Below are positions 30,838 to 43,675 of a stretch of DNA of 64,000 nucleotides, in pieces. The notes under the pieces were generated by a model, which was not told where the DNA came from, searched no databases, and saw only the letters and a program-made list of their open reading frames with translations. The stretch is from contig OX597826.1 in assembly GCA_951406725.2 (NCBI GenBank), positions 52,452,001 to 52,516,000 on the forward strand. The letters are read 5' to 3'. The number at the start of each line of letters is the position of its first letter. Position 1 is the first letter of the stretch. The stretch comes from Octopus vulgaris (Eukaryota). The position numbers and the translations under genes were made by a program.

Positions 30838-32420
30838 CTTCCGCAGTAAACTAAAGTTTAATGCGGAAGATATTTGGCCAAGTTTCCATGTATTAAAAGA
30901 GAACCCAGGGTCACGCATGTTTGAAGTGAACTTTTTAACAAGCCTATGCTTACAGTTGCAAATAATTTTTAATATTGTTGCGTGTTAGTGTACAGGTAAT
31001 GTTAGAAGGTTAGTTGCTGTATGTATGTATGTAAACTAGTGGTTGATAGTGTGTGATCTATGTATTCGCTTTATTGTGTTTTGTTAAACTCTGTGTGAGA
31101 ATTATATTTATTTTCTTTATACAATTATTGTTTTCTTATATCTTTTATATCACTATCGTTTTTAGTGACGTCAGAAGTGTTCTAGTTTTTCTTTTTATTA
31201 TGTTTGTATATTATGAAAATTGTTCGTCCGCTCACCCAACCTCACCTCATATCTCATTCGATTATTGCCATCGATTTTGGCCGTATACTTCAATCAGAAA
31301 TCAATACTTTAATGTCATTACCCAGTTACATCATAACCTATGTGTATCAAAGAATAAAACCATTTTATTAGCGTTAGTACTGAAGCAGGATAGGGAGATA
31401 CCTTCGCAGAATCGATAGAGGTTCAATATGATGTTTTAAAGTGTTGTGTCGGATCTTTACGTCCTGTGTTCAAATCCCGACGAGTCCAATTGACAGCTTT
31501 CTCATTTGGAACGGAGAATTGAATTGAATTGAGTCGATCAACCAACTACCTCCTTCTCCCAAAATTGCTGGTTTTGTGTCTAAATTAACACAGTAATCAT
31601 TATTACAGCAGCGTAGAGTGGTGGATTGGCAGAATCGATAGAGCGTCTGACAAAATGTTTTGTGGTAATTGTTTCTGCTTGCAGTCAACATTGCCTTTAA
31701 TTTCGTTGAGGTGAATAAAATACTAGCGAAGTACTAGGAGCCATATAATAAACTAAACCCTCCCCCAAAATTCTGGTCTAGAAACGGTTATTACTAAAAC
31801 AAAAACTAAGGCGGTGAGCTGACAGAATCGATAGTACTCCTGGAAAATGCTTGGCGGCATTTCGTTCGTCCTTACGTTTGAGTTCAAATTCCACCGAAGT
31901 CGACTCTGCTTTTCATAATTTTGGGGTTTGATTTAAAAATTACCAGTTAAGGACTGGGGTCGATGTAATTGACTAGCCCCTTCCCCCATAGAAGAAAGGA
32001 TTATTAAACAAATCTGAAGTCGACAAAATAAATATCAGTTGAATACTTGGATCAATATAATTGAGGCACTAAAGCGGTGAGCTGGCAGAAACTTTAGGAC
32101 ACTGGGTGAAATACTTATCGGTATTTCGTCTGTCCTTATGTTCCGAGCTCAAATTCCACCGAAGTCGACTTTGTCTTTCATCTTCTCGGGGTCGATAAAT
32201 TAAGTACCAGTTGCGTACTAGGGTCGATCTAATTGACTGGCCCCCTCCCCCAAAATTTGGGGCCTTGTGCCTAGAGTAGAAAAGAATATAATTGACACGC
32301 AGCCACAAAAAGAAAAACTATATATGCAACCTTGTAGTTATGTAATAAATGATTAAGGTTATGTAACAATCAAATAATATATATCAATTTATATTAATGA
32401 TTAGATAATTTATGTAAATA

Positions 32421-33705
32421 CGAGGGGCGTTCAATAAGTAATGCCCCTAACCCACTTCCCATAGCAGTAGAGCAACGAAACTTGGCACAGTTATTAGTCT
32501 TTTTCTACATAGGAACCACCCAGAGTTACGCATTTCTCCCATCGTTTGATGCGGCTCTGGAGACCGTTTTTGTAGAAGAACCCAGCTTGTTCCTCCAACC
32601 TCAACGTGACTTCAGAAATCAAGGCTGCATCATCTGGGAAACGCTTTCCTTTCAAAAACAACTTCATGATTGAGAAGAGGTGAAAATCAGAGGGTGCAAG
32701 GTCAGGAAAGTAGGGGGGATGGGGAGGAGTTTATAGCCATACGCTTGTGCTTCTGATCTGGCGACAAGCGAGTTGTGGACCGGAGCGTTGTCCTGCAGGA
32801 GGAGGATGCCTTTGCTGATCTTGCCCCGCCTCTTGATTTTGATAGCTTCTCTTAATTTCCTCAAAAGTGAAGCATAATTGGCTCCTGCAATTGTGGTACC
32901 CTTTGCCAGGAAATCTGTTATCACTACTCCGTCCTGCTCCCAGAAGACTGTGAGCATGACCTTGCCAGCGGAGGGCTGCACCCTTGCCTTCTTTGGAGGG
33001 GGTGAGTCACGGTGCTTCCACTGCATTGACTGGGCTTTGGTCTCTGGATCATCGTGATGGACCCAGGTTTCTTCCTGTGTAATCAGTCTTTTGAAAAATT
33101 TTGACTCATCTTCTTGGCACATCTCCAAATTCACCCTCGAGCACTCGACGCGTTCTTGCTTCTGGAAAGGCGTGAGCAACCTGGGAATCCATCTGGCAGA
33201 CACCTTTTGCATATGCAAATGGTCATGAATGATAATTTCCACAGACCCGGTACTAATCTTGACCTCATGTGCTATTTGGCGAATAATTATGCGTCGATCT
33301 TCCAAAATGGCAGACTCAACTTGACGGACAGATGCCTCATCAATGGCAGAAGGGGGCGACCAGATCTGGAAGCTGTTTCCACAGAGTTCCCACCATGTTT
33401 GAATTCACGATGCCAGCGTTTTACAAGGTCATATGATGGGGCATCATCACCATAAGTTACTTTCATTTCATGAAAAGTCTCCCGTGGTGTGCGTCCTTTC
33501 AAATACAAAAACCGGATCACTGCTCGACACTCAACAGGTTCCATTTCACACTTGACTCGGTTCAAACACCTGTAAATCAGACACTACAATTAATTCACAG
33601 CTGTAATTTGCCACTTACTCTATAGAGATGTAAATGATTGCACATGCAAAATTTCAGCTAGATCAAACAAGTGGGTCAGAGGCATTACTTATTGAACGTC
33701 CCTCG
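32421..33705 (-). mobile_element. Second mariner copy (transposase pseudogene 32494-33544)
   Basis: Same length, TIRs, frameshifts and flanks as 28244-29528. Confidence 0.95.
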
Positions 33706-34255
33706 TAATTAAAGTTATGCAATAAATAATAAAGAAGATATACGCTTTAAGCGCAAGGATTAAGAGTAGCTTTGAGATAAAGCAATTGCTTCCGTAATCG
33801 TTTTCTCTTTTAAAACAATGTTGACTATTAATTTAATTCCTTTAAGTCTCTCAGTAATTCAATGCAGATCTACAATTTATATACCACGAATGGCTGTTTC
33901 CCTACCGATCCATTCTAGAACTTGTATTGACCTCCAGGCCACAGGAAACTTTTACAACTATATGTGTTACGCATTATACAGCACTTCGTTATTCGTAAAC
34001 TTTTGGCGATTTAAAGAAGGTTGGTTCGCAAATCATACCGTCTTCCATAAAATAGACCCACCTTAATAATGTATAATGCTGAACAAACATAATACACACA
34101 CACACATACATACACACACAATTATGTCAAGTCATATATAAAAACAATCTAACGTTCGACCAAACGATTTTCCACTTATTTCTACTGGAGTACATAACTA
34201 TAAAAATTCTACAAAGAAAAGGCTGATACTGATTTATACATACATACTTTCATTC

Positions 34256-34315
<60 letters not shown>

Positions 34316-34342
34316 ATGTATATATATATATGTGTGTGTGTG

Positions 34343-34388
<46 letters not shown>

Positions 34389-35024
34389 CATACATATACA
34401 TATACATATACATACACACACACACATATTATATATATATATATATATATAATATATTAATAAATAAAACATATGCATATATATATACATATATGTACGT
34501 ACCAACCTCTACATGTATATATACACGCATATATGAGTACAGGACACCCAAAAAAACGTCGAACACAATGAGAAACGAAAACATAGACACAAACCCAAGG
34601 AACTGGACATTTTTGTTAAACAACAAAAAAATAGAGTACAAGACAAATAACACAAGGAAAAAAACCCTTCTTCAGTCGCCATGGTTTCATCTACTCTAGA
34701 TATATATGTGTGTGTCTTTGTTTAATTGTTTCAGTCAATTGATTGCAGCTATGCTAGAGTACCGCTTTGAAGAGTTTCAGTTGAACAAATCGACCCCAGG
34801 AATTATTTTAAAGCCTACTATCTATTCTATCGGTCTCTGTGCCGAACTGTTAAGTTACAGGGACATGTACAAACCAACACCAATTGCCAAGCGGTAATGG
34901 GAAGGCAATACGTGTGCATTGAATCCAGTTTTATAATAAATCTATTTCTGTTTCAACATCTCTCCATTTTTTATACTTGCTCATGGTATATTCTTATACC
35001 TAAAACGAATCTACTCATATATCT

Positions 35025-35231
35025 CTCTTACTCTTTTACTTGTTTCAGTCATTTGACTGTGGCCATGCTGGAGCACCGCCTTTAGTCGAGCAAATCGACC
35101 CCGGGACTTATTCTTTGTAAGCCTAGTACTTATTCTGTCGGTCTCTTTTGCCGAACCGCTAAGTTACGGAGACGTAAACACACCAGCATCGGTTGTCAAG
35201 CGATGTTGGGGGGACAAACACAGACATACAA

Positions 35232-35300
<69 letters not shown>

Positions 35301-35472
35301 CATATATACGACGGGCTTCTTTCAGTTTCCGTCTACCAAATCCACTCACAAGGCATTGGTCGGCCCGGGGCTATAGTAGAAGGCACTTGCCCAACGAGCC
35401 ACGCAGTGGGACTGAACCCTGAACCATGTGGTTGGTAAGCAAGCTACTTACCACACAGCCACTCCTACGCCT
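35025..35472 (-). mobile_element. Young full-length SINE family B, present only in the right arm
   Basis: Complete head, microsatellite, body and tail. Absent at the equivalent TA tract of the left arm (~26920-26950). Confidence 0.85.
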
Positions 35473-35927
35473 ATATATATATGAATGTATATATATTTGT
35501 ATGTATATATGCACGTATGTATATTTATACACATATATGTACTTTTACGTAAATATAGGTTTAAGTGGGGGGATTGCTTTACTGTCACCTTGCTTTGACA
35601 ACAGGCAATCGTAGTAAGCAAGTGTCACTGACATGCAAGAGGTGTCCTTCGTTTCCAATCTGCCATATAACATATCTGGATATGGTAATGTATTACTTAG
35701 GAAGAGATATTCAGCCATACAAAATCTGTCCGAGTGGAACAACTCTTTAAAGATATTTTTAGTCGAAGAAAGTGATCTTAGGATGTATTCTTTGGAAGCT
35801 TACTCTATCGGACTGTTAGGACGAACGGCTAAATCACGGAGACGTAAACATCGGTTGTCAAGTGACAGTGAGGGAACAACCACAGAGAGGAAGACACACA
35901 CATAAGTATATACATATACATGCATAC

Positions 35928-36026
<99 letters not shown>

Positions 36027-36094
36027 TAATATATGTGTATATATATATATGTATATATAAATATATATATATATACATATATAATATATGTGTA

Positions 36095-36140
<46 letters not shown>

Positions 36141-36145
36141 GTGTA

Positions 36146-36236
<91 letters not shown>

Positions 36237-36324
36237 ATATGCCGTCGAAATTATGTGGACGATATCTTCAACCGAGACGGTACAACTTATCTGATTCTTC
36301 GAGTGCTCTAATTCTGTGTATAAG

Positions 36325-36695
36325 GTGCAGGCGTGTCTGTGTGGTAAGAAACATATTTCCCAGCCCCACGGTTTCGGGTTGAGTCTCACTGCGTGTCACC
36401 TTGGGTAGGTGGTTTCTATTATAGCCTAGGGCCGATCAAAGCCTTGAGAGTGGTTTTGGTAGACGGAAACTGAAAGAAACCCGACATATTTATTAATGTA
36501 TAACTATATATGTTTGTATTTGTGTTTGTGTTTCTCACCCCACCATTTCTTGACAACCGATGTCGGTGGGTGAACGTCACCGTAACTTAGCGGTTCAGTA
36601 AAAGCGACCCGTAAAAATAAGTACTAGGCTTACGAAGAATTGGCTACGGGGTCGATTCCTTTGAGGTGGTGCTGAATCGTGTAAAAGAATAAAAG
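36325..36695 (+). mobile_element. Older SINE family B copy
   Basis: GGTGCAGGCGTGTCTGTGTGGTAAG...GGTAGACGGAAACTGAAAGAAACCCG...CGTAACTTAGCGGTTC. Confidence 0.75.
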
Positions 36696-36870
36696 ACTAT
36701 ATTTACTGGATTTTGTCTACATGCATTTATTTTCTTTCATTTTTTTTTGTTTTTTTTTTGATATGCCATTTCCTATCATCTATGAAACTTTCAACATTTT
36801 TGACGACACAATATTGCTACTAATGATAATAATATTCCAGAACCAGATAAAAAGAACAAAAACCCAAATC

Positions 36871-37045
36871 TTAAACAATGAACAGTCACCCCACTTTTAA
36901 TACAAATTTACAGACTATACAAATCCTTTCTTCAGTACGGGAATTTCTAAAGTTTAAACAATGAACAATCACCCCATTTTAATACAAATTTACAAACTAT
37001 ACAAATCGTTGTTAATTACTTTCTTCAGTACGGGAATTTCTAAAG
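36871..37045. repeat. Two-copy tandem duplication (~80-90 bp)
   Basis: TTAAACAATGAACA...TTTCTTCAGTACGGGAATTTCTAAAG occurs twice. Confidence 0.85.
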
Positions 37046-37346
37046 CTTATAATTGTTTTAAAGGTAATACAAGGCCAGTAAAATATCTGTTTTAATGCAT
37101 TTATGTCATCTGCAACAAAACACTTATATATAACTCGTTTGACTTGTTTACTGTAACTAATGAATCCGTCAAATTATTATAACATGTTGCTAAATTTCGT
37201 CATAACAGCAATATATGACCGTCTGCTACGAGGTTGGAGTGCTAAGCAGTAATGTGTACAAATGCAGTTCAAATATTCTTGTGGCACGTACGAACCCTAT
37301 AAGTTTGTGTATATATGCGTAGCATATATATACACACATACCCACA

Positions 37347-37393
<47 letters not shown>

Positions 37394-37399
37394 CAGTTG

Positions 37400-37607
37400 A
37401 CATATTGTTTATTGAAAAATAAAAACCCCAAAATTTTATACGTGCTTAAGTCAGAGATTTTTCAGCGTGTGTGCGCGCAAATGGTACAAACACGCATGTG
37501 TGTGTGTGTACGTGTATGTACCATTTGCGCGCGCACTGGCAAAAAAAATCTCTGACTTAAGCACGTATAAAATTTTGAGGCTTTTACTGTTCAATAAGCT
37601 ATATGTA
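37400..37607. repeat. Palindromic MITE-like element (~85-bp arms)
   Basis: AAAATTTTATACGTGCTTAAGTCAGAGATTTTT...GCGCGCAAATGGTACA versus TGTACCATTTGCGCGC...AAAAATCTCTGACTTAAGCACGTATAAAATTTT. Confidence 0.85.
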
Positions 37608-37859
37608 TATATATATGCATGTATATATGTATGTATGCTTGTATATTTGTGTATGTATATGTTACACGTATATACACAAACATATACCGGATATGGCGCA
37701 AAGGTACGAAGAGAGAAGATTGTTTCCCGTTCACGGTAAAGGCGCGAGTCTGGGTGGTCCCTGTGCAGAGATAGTCCGAGCACAGACAGATGTTGCAGCG
37801 AATGGCTGTTGGAGCGCAAGTAGCGCAAGACGGGGGTGTCATTCCCGAGTGTGATTTCT

Positions 37860-37904
<45 letters not shown>

Positions 37905-37940
37905 TTGTGTGTATGTACGTATATATGTATATATATATAT

Positions 37941-37988
<48 letters not shown>

Positions 37989-38000
37989 TATACACACACT

Positions 38001-38040
<40 letters not shown>

Positions 38041-38165
38041 CATATGGATGTGTATATATATATACGTATATAAGTGTATATTTATATATATATATATGTA
38101 CATAAAGTATAAATATATATATACACACATCTATATGTATATAAGTGTATGTATACATATATATA

Positions 38166-38206
<41 letters not shown>

Positions 38207-38499
38207 AAAAGTCAGAATGTGAAACTTGTGATTATATTTATTCAACCCCTTTTATGAATAGGATTACGACCGTTTCGTAACCATTACATTACACTACATA
38301 ACATTACATACATTCATACACATATACACCTATGGGTATATGTAACCATATATACATATATGGAGATGTGCTCTCTTCTTTCTCCAGTTCAGAGAGGCTT
38401 GGAAACCGAAAGAACTCAGTACAGCTTATGTTACATATGAATAACCATAACTTAGAAATGTGTTGAGGACTGATTTTACTTTAATAAGTTTAACCTCAT

Positions 38500-39150
38500 T
38501 TCATTCCAGTCGCAAATAAACTTTGTTAGTCTCTGTGAAGATATCTTTCATGTAGGCCTTGAACTTCATGTTTCTTATTTCACTACAGCGAAGATAATTA
38601 GTCTTGGAAGAATTCAACAGCTGTTTTTATAAAGAAATATAGACTTCTCATGTAGCTTCCCTTCGACAGCCATAGAGCGTCTGCGAGCACCGACAGATTG
38701 CAGAGCTATTTCTTTTAAACATTCGGCAATTGAGATCATGTGTCTTGATATTTATTAACTCCTGTGATGTCAACACTCAACGATAGGTGCTTTGCAATAA
38801 CATGATGTCAGTGGATTCCACAACTGACCATAAACCCACCAGGTACGAATTGTTTTCAATAAGTTCATGAAGTGATGATGATAATTTCCATCGATAGAGC
38901 CCTGTCCCTTGCGCAGACAAGAATGCTGGCAAGCAGGATGACCTTCTATTTGAAAAAAATTCCAATAACATAAAATGCTGACTTGTCTTGTCTATCTATT
39001 TCCATTTGTTTTGCAAATAATAGCTGTTGACCTAAACTGCCATCTTTCACAAAACGAACATCTTTAACTAAAATCCCAATAAAATATACCAGAAAACACG
39101 AAAGGTGTTCTGGAGATGCTGCCCAGATTTGGTGAGAAATCTGATTCAAA
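38500..39150 (-). pseudogene. Highly decayed hAT (Charlie/Buster-like) transposase
   Basis: VRFVKDGSLGQQLLFAKQME, VPGGFMVSCGIH.HHVIAKHLS (HCxxH motif), LWLSKGSYMRSLYFFIKTAVEFF (RWLSKG motif), across frames. Confidence 0.6.
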
Positions 39151-40344
39151 ATAATTCCTCTGCAGAATTTCGGAATAAATATACAACTTTACATTTCTTC
39201 GACAACTTCTCCGAGTTTATTTTCAGCATCGATGAGGAATCAGAAGAGAAAATGTCTAACTGTCTTTTTTCCCCATCTTCTGCCCATTCTATTTCAGAGT
39301 ACACAATCGGTTGTAATTAGTTTACATTTTAATTTTTTATGAAATAGTTTTTTCTGAATTATTTGTTTAAAAAGAAATAAAATGGAAATACCGATTTGGC
39401 GTAATATTTTTAAAATCTTTCGGGCTCACCCCACCTCACATTTCCGTTTCTGAAGTACTACTTGGTCAGGTGTCTTCCTAAGTGATAGATATTCCAAAAC
39501 ACTCCCAATAAGAATCCGAAGAACTTGTCGAAGAACGTTAAAACAAAGAAAAATATTACGCCGGGTTACACGGTGTGCGAGTTTTTATATACACCTTCAA
39601 TATCAATTTCGAAATTTCTTTAGAATTCAAAAGACAAAAATAAATGGTAGATTTCTAATGTCCACATTTTAAATCAACATTTAAAAAGTATACGAAAACT
39701 CTCAAACATGGAGAAATTTAGGGGAGATTTAAATATATTAAATTACATGTGCATATATTTTGAAAATCCGTAATGATTGAGTTTCTCAGGTGTAAATTTT
39801 AAAAACAAAAACAAATGTCGGAAACATGACAAAGTCAAAAAGAGTGGTGTTAGTTAAATGTTAATGTGCTTCGATTGGACCGCCACTACAGTATGTATAC
39901 GCAGAGTGCTTCTTACGAAATACCAATTTTAAAACGTTATATTATATTAATATATATTTATTATATAATTTAGGTATGTGTGTGTGTGTTGGGGGTCGTA
40001 CGTGTAAGTTTGGTGATAGAAGGTGGGGGAGAGAGACGGTAATTGATAAGCTGCAGACTTGAAATTCTTTGCTCATGAGTCACATACGTAAGACTTCATC
40101 TAATAAATATGTATACACATATGCGTTTATATTCTCTCTCTTTTTCTATCTCTCACTCTCTCTTCCTCTCTCTCACTCTCCCTTTCTCTCTCTCTCTCAC
40201 TCTGTCTGTCTGTCTGTCTCTCTATCCATCAGTCTATCCATCAAGTTATCTGTCACTTCATACATATTCATACACAATACACATACATGCACACATACAC
40301 ATATACTCTCACCGTACACCCACATATATACATACGAATATATA

Positions 40345-40394
<50 letters not shown>

Positions 40395-40850
40395 AGTATG
40401 TATTATATATACATGTATGTATATATGTATATGTATATATATATATGTATTTATATGCATATATATATATGTATATATATGCATTTATATATGTATATAT
40501 ATGTGTGTATGTATATATATATGTATATATGCATTTATGTATAAATATATCTGTGTATATATATATATTCTATCTTGCTCGTATAACACATATTCTTGCG
40601 TCCCTCTAGTATTGTGTTACCTTTCCACACCACACCAATTCTTGCTTCGTTTCTCATCTTTCTCCCAATGATTAATGACTATACAGTTTTGTTCCGAAAA
40701 TAGCCAATCATCTAATACAGGCAGAGGTTCTGTCTGATTTGGAATTACGGAAACCATTTTTTAAAATTCTTTACTTTGCTGCCTTCTCATCACTTCTCTC
40801 TTTCATGGAGTATATCTGTATGTATGTATGTATGTATGTATGTATGTATG

Positions 40851-40884
<34 letters not shown>

Positions 40885-40914
40885 TGTATGTATGTATGTA
40901 TGTGTGTAAGTGTG

Positions 40915-41010
<96 letters not shown>

Positions 41011-41017
41011 AACTTTC

Positions 41018-41088
<71 letters not shown>

Positions 41089-41198
41089 GATATTAATTTT
41101 GTATATTATTATCGAAGGCAACATAAATAGTTGTAATAACATCAACATTAATATAGGTGGTTGCAGGTAAAAAATAGCATTATATAGCTATTGTACTA

Positions 41199-41560
41199 AA
41201 ATTATATTAATCATAAGCACGCACTCATACGTTTACCTGCTAGAAATGACGCATAAATCTATATTTTTTGGTATTAGTATATACGTGGACCGGTTTCTGC
41301 TCTGATATAATAATCTTACTTTCCTCAGCAGGTAATACGTGCTGAGGAAGGTAAAGTTATATCAGGCCAGAAACAGGTCCACGCGTATCCTAATACCCAA
41401 ATATATAGCTTTATGAGGGATTTTTTGCCATCTGTTTCGCCCGGGCACTGTTGATTCTGTTAATATTTTCAGTGTTATTTTCGTGGTTTAAATGTGAGTT
41501 TTAGCTCTTATTTCTAGCAGGTAGATGTATGAGAGCGTCCGTAATGATTAATTTAATTAT
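41199..41560. mobile_element. Palindromic element with back-to-back hammerheads (41284-41332 minus, 41338-41383 plus)
   Basis: Plus: CGTG-CTGAGGA...GAAACAGGTC-CACG. Minus: CCTG-CTGAGGA...GAAACCGGTC-CACG. Outer arms TACCTGCTAGAAAT / ATTTCTAGCAGGTA. Confidence 0.8.
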
Positions 41561-41629
41561 ATGTATATTTATTTATGCATGTATGCATGTATGTATGTAT
41601 GTACACTCTAAAGGCAGATCTTCGAGAAA

Positions 41630-42060
41630 TTGCAGTCTACGCTTGCTTTGTAGACATTGAAAAGCTATTTGACTTAGGAGTCTAGCATAATTGAAACCTC
41701 TTGTTGCAGTGTATCCCTATACAAATGCCCAGGTATTTGTTTTCAGACAAACTGTGTTAAGTCAAGACGTTTCAACTGAGGTGTTAGCCTTTTCATAATT
41801 TTTATAAACTAGATTGACACGTGCAGCCGTTCTCAAAGTGGTATCATATTCGCTAGGTGTAAGATCAATCGACAGATATTTGCAGACGACATGGTGCTAC
41901 TTGGCTCATCAGAAGGTAATCTCCAGCATGCACTGTGGAGTTGTGCAATTTTGTGTTGAGAAGATTGAGACATCGGTCCTCTTAAGTAAGTTTTCCCATG
42001 TTGTTCAACATAGGAACATCACTGAAGCAAGTGGAGTCATATTCACGAATGATGGGAAGT
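41630..42060 (+). pseudogene. Decayed RTE-type LINE RT fragment
   Basis: VYACFVDIEK, FADDMVLLGSSEGNLQHAL, GVIFTNDG. Confidence 0.6.
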
Positions 42061-42376
42061 AGGAGGCTCAACAGTATGCTACAATTGTAGGTGCTGTCAC
42101 AGTAGCGCAACACGATCTTATAGTAGTCACTGCTTTCGAATAAATTGTCTATGTTCGTTCACCAAAATCCCTATGCCTGTGTTATCTCTTATCTTTTATC
42201 TCTATTTGTTTCAGTCACTTAACCGCGGCCATGCTGGGGCACCGCATTGAAGAATGTTTTTAGTTGAATACATCGACCCCTGTACTTATTTTTTGTTAAA
42301 GCCTGGTACATATTCTATCCGTAAACATCAGCAATGGTTGCCAAGCAGTGTGGCGGGACAAGTCACAAGTACAAAG

Positions 42377-42870
<494 letters not shown>

Positions 42871-42889
42871 ATATATATATATATATATA

Positions 42890-43135
42890 TAAAACTTAGA
42901 GATATGTTTCGACCAAAGATTGGTCCAGGCCATATCTAACTTAATAGCACCACCTGATAGGATTATTTGAATCCTGTTTAAGTCAAGTTTTGTTTATGGT
43001 CCATTCAAGTAGTGAGTTTTTGTTGGGTGAGTTGTATCCAATTATGGGTGGCTTATCTGGTATTCCTTGAAGGAATCTATCCAGTCTCCGTTTAAAGTTG
43101 ATGGGATCCTTTTCCTCTTTGATCTCTTTCGGGAC
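42890..43135 (-). mobile_element. 3' end of a CR1-type LINE
   Basis: PKEIKEEKDPINFKRRLDRFLQGIPDKP resembles the C-terminus of the LINE at 50794 (FKMKLDLFLSGIPDEP). Confidence 0.65.
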
Positions 43136-43142
43136 ATATATA

Positions 43143-43302
43143 CGACGGGCTTCTTTCATTTTCCGCTTACCAAATCCACTCACGAGTATTTGGTTGGCCT
43201 GAGGCTATAGTAGAAGATACTTGCCCACGGTCCTATACAATGGGACTGAAACCCGAACCATATGGTTGGGAAGCAAGATACTTACCACAGAGCCAGGCCT
43301 GC
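43143..43302 (-). mobile_element. SINE family B head
   Basis: CGACGGGCTTCTTTCA...TACCAAATCCACTCAC...CTTACCACAGAGCC. Confidence 0.75.
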
Positions 43303-43376
43303 TTTTATATAATATAGATATAATCTTTATTATCATTATTATTTTTATTATTAAAAATAATTTTTAGACTGATTCA

Positions 43377-43675
43377 GTCCAAGCATATTATTTTGGACGG
43401 CCATTTAATTGTAATAAAGTTGGAAACGAAATTAATATGCTTTTCATTCAAACACTGTAAATTACGAAACACTCAGCTGTATATTTCTTTTTATTAGCAG
43501 CGTAAATGTATGGGATGTGGGTGTGTCCAAGCATATTATTTTGGACGGCCATTTAATTGTAATAAAGTTGGAAACGAAATTAATATGCTTTTCCTTCAAA
43601 CACTGTAAATTACGAAACACTCAGCTGTATATTTCTTTTTATTAGCAGCGTAAATGTATGGGATGTGGGTGTGTG
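43377..43675. repeat. Near-perfect ~149-bp tandem duplication
   Basis: GTCCAAGCATATTATTTTGGACGGCC...GGGATGTGGGTGTGT occurs twice. Confidence 0.9.

Larger units (their letters stand above)
31517..35930 (-). repeat. Right arm of the inverted segmental duplication
   Basis: Mirror of 26450-30430, plus an extra SINE at ~35025-35472. Confidence 0.95.

Noticed and set aside
39398-39562. 13-bp inverted repeat GGCGTAATATTTT / AAAATATTACGCC as hAT TIRs
   Set aside because: Does not bracket the transposase relic, and no 8-bp TSD is seen.
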